DNA of 37,129 bases, taken from positions 1 to 37,129 of the IMG/VR virus record IMGVR_UViG_2872174743_000010; one strand, 5' to 3'. The notes under the pieces are model-generated. The model worked only from the letters and a program-made list of their open reading frames with translations. It was not told the DNA's origin and searched no databases. The stretch is from a virus. Taxonomy: Duplodnaviria; Heunggongvirae; Uroviricota; Caudoviricetes. This document shows positions 16,411 through 25,858 of this stretch, one piece after another. The translations under genes and the position numbers were made by a program. The stretch's first letter is position 1, and each line of letters starts with the position of its first letter.

Positions 16411-17445
16411 TTAAGTAGCTAGTTTATAACTATCAAATTTAACAATGTTATCACTTACCAATTTATTTATTTCCATCATTCTTTTTTGTAACGGTATTAA
16501 CTCGTTACGTACAAACACCAGGCTCGCCTTCTCCACATCCCCAAACCCCCCGACATTATTAGGCATAATCCCCATCATTTGCGGTGGCACACGATGCGCC
16601 GCCATCATGTCATCCCGGCTCACGTTCTTGATGTTCAGAAACTCATCCTTCGCCGCGACTTCTGACAACGGGATGATCTGAAGCCCGTCCTTTTTGCCGT
16701 TAGGCGAGTACATAAACAGATTGCGGAAGTTACCTGGTCCTTTGGCGCTTTTCATCGCATTGCGGAGGTTGTTCACATCCTCCTGGTTTTGCGCGGCATC
16801 GGTCATGTACATGATGAAGCCTGCATGACTGCCGTTAATGTAATACTATCGGCGGAACAGCGTGGCGGACTCGTTGAGCAGGGCTGACGGAATGGCAGAA
16901 AGGTAACCTGGCAGGCCGTAGATCTCTTGGTTGATGTCCGGTTCCATCAGATGAAAGATGCTTCCTTTCGTGAACTGATACGGCTGCGTGGTCATGCCGT
17001 ATTGCACAAACCAGTAGGTATCCAGGTCTAATCCGCGTCGGGTGTATTTTGCCAGAGCAGGCTCAAGAGCGATGACCTCTCCGAACCGGTTTGTGCGTTT
17101 CTCCAGGTAAGCGTTACCAAATACCAGATAATCCTGCACAAAACGTGAAAAAGCCTGCTGGCTGAGCAGCGGGTGAGGGATGTAGGTACTGATCAGAATG
17201 TTGCATTTCACCGCAATTGGTGAACTGTGATGCACGGCGGCGCGGAAGGTGCGCGCCAGTCCGTCAAAACTCACTGGCGGCTCATACCAGCGATCTGTCT
17301 GTACGCATTCCACATAGTCCAGTAGTTCACGGCGGTCCAGAACCGGAACGGGATCGCCGAAGCTGAATGCTTCGGCTGAAGTCTGGTTTTTATGCTGGGT
17401 CTGTTTCGTCGCCGCAGCGCGGTTCTTCTTACTCTTTCCCATCAA
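16411..17445 (-). pseudogene. Q: Portal protein (P2 gpQ-like) interrupted by an in-frame TAG
   Basis: Track ORFs 16846..17445 and 16411..16812 are in the same frame; protein reads ...ATLFRR-stop-YYINGSHAGFIMYMTDAAQ...; the TAG is at 16846-16848 on the minus strand. Confidence 0.8.
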
Positions 17446-19208
17446 AAAATCTCCACAATATTGCTGGTATTGGCGGACTCGCCCTGCAGCGGTTCGTTAA
17501 ACAGTGCGTGCATTGTTGCCCAGGCCAGATCGGCATGGCTGGCTTCTTCGCTGCGGCTGGCTTCATAGGTCGGGCGGTTGCCGCTGGCGGTGGTGGCGCG
17601 ACGGATTGCCATGAATGACTGCGCAATGTCGGTGTGCCCGGCGTCAAACTCAAGACGGCGGTGGCTGATAATGTCGTAGGCCTTGAGTACCAGGGCGTTT
17701 TTAACGTTGGGGTTGTAGACAAACTCCCGGACGGCAGGAAAAAACGCTTTCACGTTCTCGTAAACCCCGTGACCAACGCCGGTTGAGTCGATGCCGATAT
17801 AGGTCACGTTGTACTGTTCAGTCAGTTTTTTGATGGCGTAAGCCTGGGCGCGAAAGTCCATTCCGCGCCACTGGTGACGCTCAAGAATGCGGAACTTACC
17901 GCCTGGCACGGCTGGCGGTGCCACCACCACGCATCCGGCGCTGTCGCCGTTCTGCGTACCTTTTGCCGGGTCATAACCGATCCACACTTCGCGCCAGCCA
18001 AACGGGCGCAGGGCCAGTGCATGAAAGTCGGTCCAGACTTCCCAGCTGTCCACCATGCACGCCTGCAATTCGCTGAGCGGGAACACGGACGCGAGATCGT
18101 CCACGAACTCGCACATCAGCAGGTTCTGGTATTCGTCAGGGCTGTACTCCATGCGCAACTGGTCAAGGTCGAACAGGTTACAGGCGCCGCGCACCGCATC
18201 TTCCACGGTGACTATCTGGCGGTATTGCCCGTCTGCGCACAGCAGGCCGGGGGCCAGATTGCTGTGGGACAGGTCGATGTCCACCTTGTCAGCTTTGTTG
18301 CGCCCACGGTTGAACAGCGCACCGGACCAGAACGGATAAGCACTGTGGGTCAGACTGGATGGTGTGGAAAAATAGGTCTGCCGCCATTTCTTGTGAATAG
18401 CCATACCAGAAGCCACTTTGCGTAGCTCCTGAAATTTCGGTATCCAGAAATATTCATCCAGATACAGGTTACCGTGATAACTCTGGGCAGTGCGGGCATT
18501 GGTGCCGAGGAAATACAGTGTGGCCCCGTTGGGAAGCACCATCGGATCGCCTTTCAGCTCCACCTCCACTTCTTTGGCAAAGTCGATGATGTACTGTTTG
18601 AAGACGTGGGCCTGTGCCTTACTGGCAGAAAGGAAAATCTGGTTACGTCCGGTAAGCAGGGCGTCAATCAGGGCTTCACGGGCAAAATAGAAGGTCGCGC
18701 CGATCTGGCGTGACTTCAGCAGGTTGCGGATGCGGTTGGTTTTTCCGGCTTCCCACCAGTGGCGCTGGTAGTTGAACATGGAGGAATGGAAATTTTTTTC
18801 CAGCTTCTCAATCTGGTCATCGGTGAAAACATTCTTTTCAGGCTGACGGCGTGGGCCTTTGTTGCGGTTGGCGACGTTAGGGTTTAAGTCGGCTTCGTTG
18901 CCGCCATTGTTAAACTTGCCGATCCGCGCGTGGCGCTCAGACTGGCGCGCCAGCAGGTCAATATCTTTGAAATCTTTCCCTTCTTTGTGCTCCTTCATGA
19001 TGAGCTGGCAGTAGCGTGCGGCGGTGGTGAGCTGCATCTGATCCAGAGGCCCATAGTCACCCCACTTGTCGCGTTTTTTCCAGCTGTAAACGGTTGCAAC
19101 TTTCTCGCCCAGCATTTCAGCAATGCGGGCTACGCGGTATCCCTGAAAGTACAGCAGCATGGCCTGCCGACGGGGATCGAGATCTGCGGGTGTCAGTGTG
19201 GTGTTCAT
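17442..19208 (-). CDS. P: Terminase large (ATPase) subunit, P2 gpP-like
   Basis: 588 aa; collinear with P2 gpP as remembered; start overlaps the portal gene. Confidence 0.9.
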   Translation of the reverse strand: MNTTLTPADLDPRRQAMLLYFQGYRVARIAEMLGEKVATVYSWKKRDKWGDYGPLDQMQLTTAARYCQLIMKEHKEGKDFKDIDLLARQSERHARIGKFNNGGNEADLNPNVANRNKGPRRQPEKNVFTDDQIEKLEKNFHSSMFNYQRHWWEAGKTNRIRNLLKSRQIGATFYFAREALIDALLTGRNQIFLSASKAQAHVFKQYIIDFAKEVEVELKGDPMVLPNGATLYFLGTNARTAQSYHGNLYLDEYFWIPKFQELRKVASGMAIHKKWRQTYFSTPSSLTHSAYPFWSGALFNRGRNKADKVDIDLSHSNLAPGLLCADGQYRQIVTVEDAVRGACNLFDLDQLRMEYSPDEYQNLLMCEFVDDLASVFPLSELQACMVDSWEVWTDFHALALRPFGWREVWIGYDPAKGTQNGDSAGCVVVAPPAVPGGKFRILERHQWRGMDFRAQAYAIKKLTEQYNVTYIGIDSTGVGHGVYENVKAFFPAVREFVYNPNVKNALVLKAYDIISHRRLEFDAGHTDIAQSFMAIRRATTASGNRPTYEASRSEEASHADLAWATMHALFNEPLQGESANTSNIVEIF

Positions 19209-19254
19209 GGCACAAACCTACAGCCTTGAATGAAGGCTTTCCCCGCCTGCGGTT

Positions 19255-19272
19255 TGTGTGGTTGTCGGTACA
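19255..19272. promoter_or_regulatory. TGT-N12-ACA element in the divergent P/O promoter region (Ogr/B-type late activator site)
   Basis: TGTGTGGTTGTCGGTACA in the 142-bp spacer between the divergent terminase and scaffold genes. Confidence 0.4.
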
Positions 19273-19350
19273 AATACCGCGCATTGTTTCACTGCCCCTA
19301 TCACCGCAACCATAAGGCTCCAGTAAGTTTTTTCTAACGGAGCACGGCTC

Positions 19351-20184
19351 ATGACAGTGAAAGCAAAGCGTTTTCGCATCGGGGTGGAAGGTGCCACCAC
19401 CGACGGACGCGAAATCCAGCGTGAATGGCTGGAACAGATGGCAGCCAGCTATAACCCGGCGGTGTATACCGCGCTGATTAACCTTGAGCACATCAAGTCT
19501 TATCTGCCGGACAGCACCTTTAACCGCTACGGCAAGGTGACGGCGCTGTTTGCTGAAGAAATCACGGAAGGTCCGCTGGCAGGCAAGATGGCGCTGTATG
19601 CTGACGTTGAGCCAACGGAGTCCCTGGTGGAACTGGTGAAAAAAGGCCAGAAATTATTCACCTCTATGGAAGTCAGCCCGAAGTTCGCTGATACGGGCAA
19701 AGCCTACCTGGTCGGCCTGGCTGCCACTGATGACCCTGCCAGTCTGGGCACTGAAATGCTGACATTCAGCGCCAGTGCAGCCCATAACCCGCTGGCAAAC
19801 CGCAAGCAGAATCCCGCCAATCTCTTTACCGCCGCAGAGGAAACGGTGATCGAACTGGAAGAAGTCCAGGACGACAAACCGTCCCTGTTTGCCCGCGTCA
19901 CGGCGCTGTTTACCAAAAAAGAGCAGTCCGATGACGCCCGGTTCTCTGATGTGCATAAGGCCGTGGAGCTGGTCGCCACTGAGCAGCAGAACCTGAGCGC
20001 ACGCACCGAAAAATCCCTGTCTGAGCAGGAAGAACGCCTGTCTGAGCTGGAGACTGCCCTGCAGGCACAGCAAACCGCCTTTAACGAACTGGTGGACAAG
20101 CTGAGTCATGAAGACAGCCGCCAGGACTACCGCCAGCGTGCAACAGGCGGTAACGCCCCCGCTGACACTCTGACCAATTGCTGA
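19351..20184 (+). CDS. O: Capsid scaffolding protein, P2 gpO-like
   Basis: 277 aa, MTVKAKRFRIGVEGATTDGREIQREWL..., acidic coiled-coil C-terminus; synteny P-O-N. Confidence 0.85.
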   Translation: MTVKAKRFRIGVEGATTDGREIQREWLEQMAASYNPAVYTALINLEHIKSYLPDSTFNRYGKVTALFAEEITEGPLAGKMALYADVEPTESLVELVKKGQKLFTSMEVSPKFADTGKAYLVGLAATDDPASLGTEMLTFSASAAHNPLANRKQNPANLFTAAEETVIELEEVQDDKPSLFARVTALFTKKEQSDDARFSDVHKAVELVATEQQNLSARTEKSLSEQEERLSELETALQAQQTAFNELVDKLSHEDSRQDYRQRATGGNAPADTLTNC

Positions 20185-20200
20185 TGGAGCACAAAACCTG

Positions 20201-21259
20201 ATGAAGAAGAATACCCGCTTTGCTTTTAACGCTTACCTGCAGCAACTGGCGCGTCTGAACGGTGTGGCAGTTGAAGAACTGTCCAGCAAGTTCACCGTAG
20301 AGCCGTCCGTGCAGCAGACGCTGGAAGACCAGATCCAGCAGTCCGCCGCTTTCCTGACTCTGATTAACGTCACGCCAGTGACTGAGCAGTCCGGTCAGCT
20401 GCTGGGGTTGGGAGTTGGCAGCACCATTGCCGGAACCACTGATACCACTGCGAAAGAGCGTGAACCTGTCGATCCGACGCTGATGGTCGATGTGGAATAT
20501 AAATGCGAGCAGACCAACTTTGACACGGTGCTGACCTACGCGAAGCTGGACCTGTGGGCGAAGTTTCAGGATTTTCAGGTGCGTATCCGTGACGCCATCG
20601 TGAAACGTCAGGCACTGGACCGCATCATGATCGGCTTTAATGGCGTGAAGCGTGCGAAAACCTCCAACCGTAGCGAAAACCCGCTGCTGCAGGATGTGAA
20701 TAAAGGCTGGCTGCAGAAAATCCGTGAGGATGCACCGGATCACGTCATGGGCAGCACCACCACGGGCGGTGAAACCACACCGGGCGCAGTGAAAGTCGGG
20801 AAAGGTGGCGAATATGCCAACCTGGACGCCGTGGTGATGGATGCCGTCAATGAGCTTATCGACGTGGTCTACCAGGACGATGACGATCTGGTGGTGATTT
20901 GCGGTCGTGAACTGCTGTCTGACAAGTATTTCCCGCTGGTCAACAAAGAGCAGGAAAACAGTGAAAAACTGGCTGCCGATATGATCATCAGTCAGAAACG
21001 CATGGGTGGCCTGCAGGCCGTGCGTGCGCCGTTCTTCCCGCCGAATGCGCTGCTGATCACCCGTCTGGATAACCTGTCCATCTACTGGCAGGAAGACACC
21101 CGCCGCCGTTCAGTTATCGACAACCCGAAACGTGACCGGATTGAAAACTTTGAATCCGTTAACGAAGCCTATGTGGTTGAGGACTACCGCTGCGCCGCAC
21201 TGGTGGAAAACATCCAGATTAGTGATTTCAGCGCCGCCGCAGCCGAAACCGGAGCGTAA
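20201..21259 (+). CDS. N: Major capsid protein, P2 gpN-like
   Basis: 352 aa; ...TRFAFNAYLQQLARLNGV...KFTVEPSVQQTL...IMIGFNGVKRAKTS...VKVGKGGEYANLDAVVMDA..., highly similar to P2 N as remembered. Confidence 0.9.
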   Translation: MKKNTRFAFNAYLQQLARLNGVAVEELSSKFTVEPSVQQTLEDQIQQSAAFLTLINVTPVTEQSGQLLGLGVGSTIAGTTDTTAKEREPVDPTLMVDVEYKCEQTNFDTVLTYAKLDLWAKFQDFQVRIRDAIVKRQALDRIMIGFNGVKRAKTSNRSENPLLQDVNKGWLQKIREDAPDHVMGSTTTGGETTPGAVKVGKGGEYANLDAVVMDAVNELIDVVYQDDDDLVVICGRELLSDKYFPLVNKEQENSEKLAADMIISQKRMGGLQAVRAPFFPPNALLITRLDNLSIYWQEDTRRRSVIDNPKRDRIENFESVNEAYVVEDYRCAALVENIQISDFSAAAAETGA

Positions 21260-21262
21260 TCC

Positions 21263-21913
21263 ATGAGCCTGAGTCCCGCACGGCAGCATCGCCTGCGCGT
21301 TCAGGCTGAACAGGCCGCCCGTGAGGGTGGCAGTGTTCGCCACGCATCGGGCTATGACCTGATGCTGCTGCAACTGGCGGAAGACCGCCGCCGTCTCAAG
21401 GGCGTTCAGTCCACGGTCAAAAAAGCGGAAATCAAAGTGGAGCTGCTGCCGAAGTACGCCGCCTGGGCGGAGGGTGTCCTGGCTGCCGGAGGCGCTCAAC
21501 AGGATGACGTGCTGATGTACGTGATGTTGTGGCGCATTGATGCCGGAGATTATGCCGGGGCGCTGGAGATCTGGCGTCATGCCCTGCGTCATGGATGGGT
21601 GATGCCGCTGGGCAACCGCAACGTGCAGACCGTGCTGACAGAGGAAATGGCAGATGCAGCGCAGAGCGCAATGCTTGCCGCCACCGGCTTTGATGCCGAT
21701 CTGTTGCTGCAGACGCTGGAGCTGACAGACGGTCTGGATATGCCGGACCAGTCACGGGCACGTCTGCATAAAGCGATTGGCGCGGTCCTGAGTGAAAGCA
21801 ATCCGGCTTCCGCCCTTAATCATCTCAACCATGCGTTACAGCTCGATCCCCGCTGTGGCGTGAAAAAAGACAAACAGCAGCTGGAGCGCAGACTGCGCAA
21901 TGACAGCCGCTGA
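21263..21913 (+). CDS. M: Terminase small (endonuclease) subunit, P2 gpM-like
   Basis: 216 aa directly after N; synteny and size. Confidence 0.75.
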   Translation: MSLSPARQHRLRVQAEQAAREGGSVRHASGYDLMLLQLAEDRRRLKGVQSTVKKAEIKVELLPKYAAWAEGVLAAGGAQQDDVLMYVMLWRIDAGDYAGALEIWRHALRHGWVMPLGNRNVQTVLTEEMADAAQSAMLAATGFDADLLLQTLELTDGLDMPDQSRARLHKAIGAVLSESNPASALNHLNHALQLDPRCGVKKDKQQLERRLRNDSR

Positions 21914-22008
21914 CAGAACGTGCCCCCGCGCACGGGCGGCACGGGGTGGCGAAAGGCACAGCCACATCAAAACCCCGTCCACCGCCCTTTATTTCAGGAG
22001 AAAGCAGC

Positions 22009-22455
22009 ATGAAGTTTGTTGCGCCAGAACAGGCACCGGAACAGGCGGAAATCATTAGAAATACGCCGTTCTGGCCTGATGTGGACCTGTCGGAGTTTCG
22101 CAGTGTCATGCGCACTGACGGCACGGTGACGCAGCCGCGTTTAAAGTAGGTTGCACTGTCGGCAATTTCGGAGGTTAACGCAGAGCTGTATGAATTTCGC
22201 AGACGCCAGCAGATGCTGGGGTATGCGTCGGAACAGCTGGACGGGAAAAGTGAGCGCATTCAGCACTATTTCAACGCGGTTTACTGCTGGGCTCGCGCCA
22301 TGCTCAACGAACGTTTCCAGGACTATGACGCCACGGCATCCGGTGCGAAGCGGGGCGAAGAACTGGCGGAAGCAAGCGGTGATTTGTGGCGTGACGCCCG
22401 CTGGGCCATCAGCCGGGTGCAGGACGCGCCGCACTGCACAGTGGAGCTTATCTGA
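22009..22455 (+). pseudogene. L: Head completion protein (P2 gpL-like) interrupted by an in-frame TAG
   Basis: MKFVAPEQAPEQAEIIRNTPFWPDVDL...TQPRLK-stop(TAG 22147-22149)-VALSAISEVNAELYEFRRRQQMLGYASEQ...; the two parts share one frame and together align with gpL. Confidence 0.75.
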
Positions 22456-22658
22456 TGAAAGTGCGTGCGCATCAGTATGACACGGTGGACGCGCTTTGCT
22501 GGCGTCATTACGGGCGCACGCAGGGTGTCACGGAGCAGGTACTGAAGGCAAATCCGGGGCTTGCCGAATACGGCCCCTTTGTACCTCACGGGCTGCAGGT
22601 GGAGCTGCCGGACATTCCGACCACCACCACCGTGCAGACCGTCCAGCTATGGGACTGA
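22455..22658 (+). CDS. X: Tail protein X (P2 gpX-like)
   Basis: 67 aa, MKVRAHQYDTVDALCWRHYGRT...; ATG overlaps the gpL stop. Confidence 0.8.
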   Translation: MKVRAHQYDTVDALCWRHYGRTQGVTEQVLKANPGLAEYGPFVPHGLQVELPDIPTTTTVQTVQLWD

Positions 22659-22661
22659 ATT

Positions 22662-22877
22662 ATGACGCTTGAGCGAATCAGCGCCTTTATCACGTATTGC
22701 ATCGCCGTCGTGCTGGCCTGGCTGGGCGATTTGTCCATCAAGGATGCCTCAACGCTGGGCGGCCTGATGATTGGTGTGCTGATGCTGGCTATCAACTGGT
22801 ACTACAAACACAAAGCCTACCAGCTTCTGCGCGACGGGCAGATCTCGCGGGAGGACTATGAATCCATCAATCGTTAA
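22662..22877 (+). CDS. Holin (small, two predicted TM helices)
   Basis: 71 aa, hydrophobic segments ISAFITYCIAVVLAWLG and LGGLMIGVLMLAINWYY, charged C-terminus; immediately upstream of the endolysin. Confidence 0.6.
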   Translation: MTLERISAFITYCIAVVLAWLGDLSIKDASTLGGLMIGVLMLAINWYYKHKAYQLLRDGQISREDYESINR

Positions 22878-23370
22878 ACGCTGCCTTGTCGGGGCCGTGC
22901 TGGCTATTGCTGCCACGCTGCCGGGTTTTCAGCAGCTTCACACCTCCGTGGAGGGACTGAAACTGATTGCCGATTACGAAGGTTGTCGTCTGCAGCCGTA
23001 TCAGTGCAGCGCGGGTGTCTGGACCGACGGTATTGGTAATACGTCGGGCGTCATTCCCGGCAAAACCATTACGGAGCGACAGGCAGCAGAAGGGCTGATC
23101 TCCAACGTGCTGCGTGTGGAGCGGGCGCTTGAAAGGTGTGTGAAGCAACAGCCGCCGCAGAAGGTGTATGACGCTGCGGTGTCGTTTGCCTTCAACGTGG
23201 GTACGGGCAATGCCTGCAGTTCCACGCTGGTGAAATTGCTCAATCAGCGGCGCTGGGCGGATGCGTGCCGACAGTTGCCGCGCTGGGTTTATGTGAAAGG
23301 TGTTTTTAATCAGGGGCTGGATAACCGCCGTGCGCGGGAGATGGCCTGGTGTTTACAGGGAGCAAACTGA
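22858..23370 (+). CDS. Endolysin (lysozyme), probably with an N-terminal signal-anchor-release segment
   Basis: 170 aa; N-terminal KRCLVGAVLAIAATLPGF followed by a lysozyme-like domain (...EGCRLQPYQCSAGVWTDGIGNT...). Confidence 0.8.
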   Translation: MNPSIVKRCLVGAVLAIAATLPGFQQLHTSVEGLKLIADYEGCRLQPYQCSAGVWTDGIGNTSGVIPGKTITERQAAEGLISNVLRVERALERCVKQQPPQKVYDAAVSFAFNVGTGNACSSTLVKLLNQRRWADACRQLPRWVYVKGVFNQGLDNRRAREMAWCLQGAN

Positions 23371-23371
23371 A

Positions 23372-23749
23372 ATGAAAAAGAAATTAATCAGCGGGCTGTT
23401 TCTGATGTTATGGATGGCGCTGTTAATCGCAGCAATAGTGTATCCGCAGGGGATTTTTCCGGTACTGGCAGCGTCCGGCGTTTGGGTAGCCTGTTTACTG
23501 ACATGGGCGGTAATTCCGGTAGCACTGGCTTCGTTAATTAAGAATGGCCCGCTCTGGCAGGAGTTGAGGGCATCTTTACTGAAGACAATTACCCGAAAAG
23601 AAAACGTATTTATCAGCTGGGTGATACGATTGCTGATTGTCGTCAGTCTCGCCTGGACGGGGTGGGCCATTACCCTGGTCTTTTATCTGCTGACCGTTAT
23701 TGCCTTCTGGATCACCCGTAATCAGATGGCGCAACAGGTAGCCGCATGA
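23372..23749 (+). CDS. LysA-like membrane protein
   Basis: From the Met at 23372: MKKKLISGLFLMLWMALLIAAIVYP..., with several TM segments; sits in the P2 lysA position. Confidence 0.5.
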   Translation: MKKKLISGLFLMLWMALLIAAIVYPQGIFPVLAASGVWVACLLTWAVIPVALASLIKNGPLWQELRASLLKTITRKENVFISWVIRLLIVVSLAWTGWAITLVFYLLTVIAFWITRNQMAQQVAA

Positions 23750-24174
23750 ACCGGTTGCTGCTGGTTGTGCTGGCGTTATTATTGGCGGCGCTGGGCTGGC
23801 AGACGTGGCGGCTGGCTGATGCCAGCCAGACCATCAGCACGCAGGCAGACGAGCTGCAGAGCAAAAGCCAGGCACTGGCAAAGAGCAACAGCCAGCTTAT
23901 CAGCCTGTCCATTCTGACTGAAACCAATAACCGGGAGCAGGCGCGGCTCTATGCCGAAGCAGAACAGACCAGTGTACTGCTGAGACAACGACAACGCCGG
24001 ATTGAGGAACTGAAACGTGAGAACGAGGATTTACGTCGCTGGGCTGATACTCCTTTGCCTGCTGACATTATCCGGCTGCGGGAACGTCCGGCACTCACCG
24101 GAGGTGCAGCTTACCGTCAGTGGTTGTCCGCGAGTGACGCCGTGTCGGCTGGAGCAGGCAGCGCCGCGCACTAA
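23746..24174 (+). CDS. LysB-like inner-membrane spanin
   Basis: 142 aa, N-terminal TM (LLLVVLALLLAALGW) then coiled-coil; P2 lysB position. Confidence 0.65.
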   Translation: MNRLLLVVLALLLAALGWQTWRLADASQTISTQADELQSKSQALAKSNSQLISLSILTETNNREQARLYAEAEQTSVLLRQRQRRIEELKRENEDLRRWADTPLPADIIRLRERPALTGGAAYRQWLSASDAVSAGAGSAAH

Positions 24175-24307
24175 CGGTGATCTGAATGCGTTGCTGGATG
24201 AAACGGAGGCCGCCTGGGCGGTCTGTGCAGACAAAGTGGACATGATTATTGCGTGTCAGGAGCGAAATAGTGAACAAACCACAATCCCTGCGCCACGCCC
24301 TCAATAA
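24017..24307 (+). CDS. LysC-like outer-membrane spanin lipoprotein, embedded out of frame in lysB
   Basis: Lipobox LTLSGC followed by a proline-rich short protein; overlapping +1 frame within and beyond lysB, as in P2 lysC. Confidence 0.55.
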   Translation: MRTRIYVAGLILLCLLTLSGCGNVRHSPEVQLTVSGCPRVTPCRLEQAAPRTNGDLNALLDETEAAWAVCADKVDMIIACQERNSEQTTIPAPRPQ

Positions 24308-24701
24308 AGCAGTGCCTTATGTCCGTAATAACCCGGACAAACTGCATCTGTTTGTGGATAACGGTTCGCTGGTTGCCTCCGGGGCTAGCTCCATGTCATG
24401 GGAGTACCGCTACACCCTGAACGTGGTGATTGAAGATTTCAGCGGCGACCAGAATCTGCTGATGGCCCCGGTTTTGCTGTGGCTGCGGGATAACCAGCCC
24501 GATGCGATCAATAACCCGGCGTTACGGGAAAAGCTATTCACCTTTGAGGTGGATATTCTGCGCAACGATGTCTGTGATATCAGCCTTAACCTGCAACTGA
24601 CGGAGCGTGTGCTGGTCAGCACTGACGGCAGTGTGTCGAACGTTGAAGCGGTAGCGGAACCTGATGAACCTGAAGAAATGTGGACGGTGAAACGTGGCTG
24701 A
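24270..24701 (+). CDS. R: Tail completion protein R (P2 gpR-like)
   Basis: ...LHLFVDNGSLVASGASSMSWEYRYTLNVVIEDFSGDQNLLMAPVLLWLRDNQPD...; GTG start 7 nt after AGGAG. Confidence 0.75.
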   Translation: MNKPQSLRHALNKAVPYVRNNPDKLHLFVDNGSLVASGASSMSWEYRYTLNVVIEDFSGDQNLLMAPVLLWLRDNQPDAINNPALREKLFTFEVDILRNDVCDISLNLQLTERVLVSTDGSVSNVEAVAEPDEPEEMWTVKRG

Positions 24702-25095
24702 ATTGCAGAAGGTGGACGACTGGCTGAGTGCATTATTGGCGAATCTGGAGCCAGCCGCAAGAAGCCGCATGATGCGCCAGCTGGCGCAGGAACTGCGCCG
24801 GACACAGCAGCAGAACATCAGGATGCAGCGCAATCCAGATGGCAGCAGTTATGAGCCGCGCAGGGTAACAGCACGCAGCAAAAAGGGGCGCATCAAACGT
24901 CAGATGTTTACAAAGCTGCGCACCACAAAATACCTGAAAACTGCAGCCAGCGCCGATTCTGCCAGCGTACAGTTTGAAGGTAGGGTGCAGCGCATTGCCC
25001 GTATTCACCATTACGGCTTGAGTGATCGCGTCAGTCGAAAAGGTATTTATACCATCTATGCGAAAAGGCAGTTATTAGGTTTTAATGTCCGGTAA
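24694..25095 (+). pseudogene. S: Tail completion protein S (P2 gpS-like), C-terminus cut by IS1
   Basis: 133 aa frame runs into the IS1 left end (stop supplied by GGTAATGC); P2 gpS is longer as remembered. Confidence 0.65.
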
Positions 25096-25145
25096 TGCTG
25101 CCAACTTACTGATTTAGTGTATGATGGTGATTTTAAGGTGCTTGC

Positions 25146-25421
25146 GTGGCTTCCATTTCCATCAGATGTCCTTCCTGCTCCGCTATTGAAGGCGTGGTGC
25201 GTAACGGCAAAAGCACTGCCGGACATCAGCGCTATCTCTGCTCTCATTGCCGTAAAACATGGCAACTACAGTTCACTTACACCGCCTCTCAGCCCGGTAC
25301 GCACCAGAAAATCATTGATATGGCCATGAATGGCGTCGGATGTCGCGCCAGTGCACGCATTATGGGCGTTGGCCTCAACACGGTTTTACGTCACTTAAAA
25401 AACTCAGGCCGCAGTCGGTAA
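25146..25421 (+). CDS. insA: IS1 InsA
   Basis: [43 protein letters not shown]... Confidence 0.9.
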   Translation: MASISIRCPSCSAIEGVVRNGKSTAGHQRYLCSHCRKTWQLQFTYTASQPGTHQKIIDMAMNGVGCRASARIMGVGLNTVLRHLKNSGRSR

Positions 25422-25843
25422 CCTCGCGCATACAACCGGGCAGTGATGTGATTGTCTGCGCTGAAATGGACGAACAGTGGGGCTACGTCGGTGCTAAATC
25501 ACGTCAGCGCTGGCTGTTTTACGCGTATGACAGGATACGGAGGACGGTTGTGGCGCACGTCTTCGGTGAACGCACTCTGGCCACACTGGAGCGTCTTCTG
25601 AGCCTGCTGTCGGCCTTTGAGGTCGTGGTATGGATGACGGATGGCTGGCCGCTGTATGAATCACGCCTGAAGGGAAAGCTGCACGTTATCAGCAAGCGTT
25701 ACACTCAGCGCATTGAGCGACATAATCTGAATCTGAGACAACATCTGGCAAGGCTGGGACGGAAGTCACTGTCGTTCTCAAAATCGGTGGAGCTGCATGA
25801 CAAGGTCATCGGGCATTATCTGAACATAAAACACTATCAGTAA
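25340..25843 (+). CDS. insB: IS1 InsB frame (expressed as InsAB' by frameshifting)
   Basis: ...[45 protein letters not shown]...HYLNIKHYQ; full-length, unlike the copy at 9280. Confidence 0.85.
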   Translation: MSRQCTHYGRWPQHGFTSLKKLRPQSVTSRIQPGSDVIVCAEMDEQWGYVGAKSRQRWLFYAYDRIRRTVVAHVFGERTLATLERLLSLLSAFEVVVWMTDGWPLYESRLKGKLHVISKRYTQRIERHNLNLRQHLARLGRKSLSFSKSVELHDKVIGHYLNIKHYQ

Positions 25844-25858
25844 GTTGGCAGCATTACC

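Larger units (their letters stand above)
25091..25858 (+). mobile_element. IS1, complete 768-bp copy
   Basis: GGTAATGCTGCCAACTTACTGAT...CAGTAAGTTGGCAGCATTACC terminal repeats; insA starts at element position 56; no matching 8-9 bp direct repeats on the flanks. Confidence 0.9.

Noticed and set aside
19654-20743. Minus-strand ORFs of 151, 131 and 220 aa across the gpO/gpN genes
   Set aside because: Antisense to well-supported capsid genes, Ala/Ser/Arg-rich low-complexity translations; shadow ORFs.
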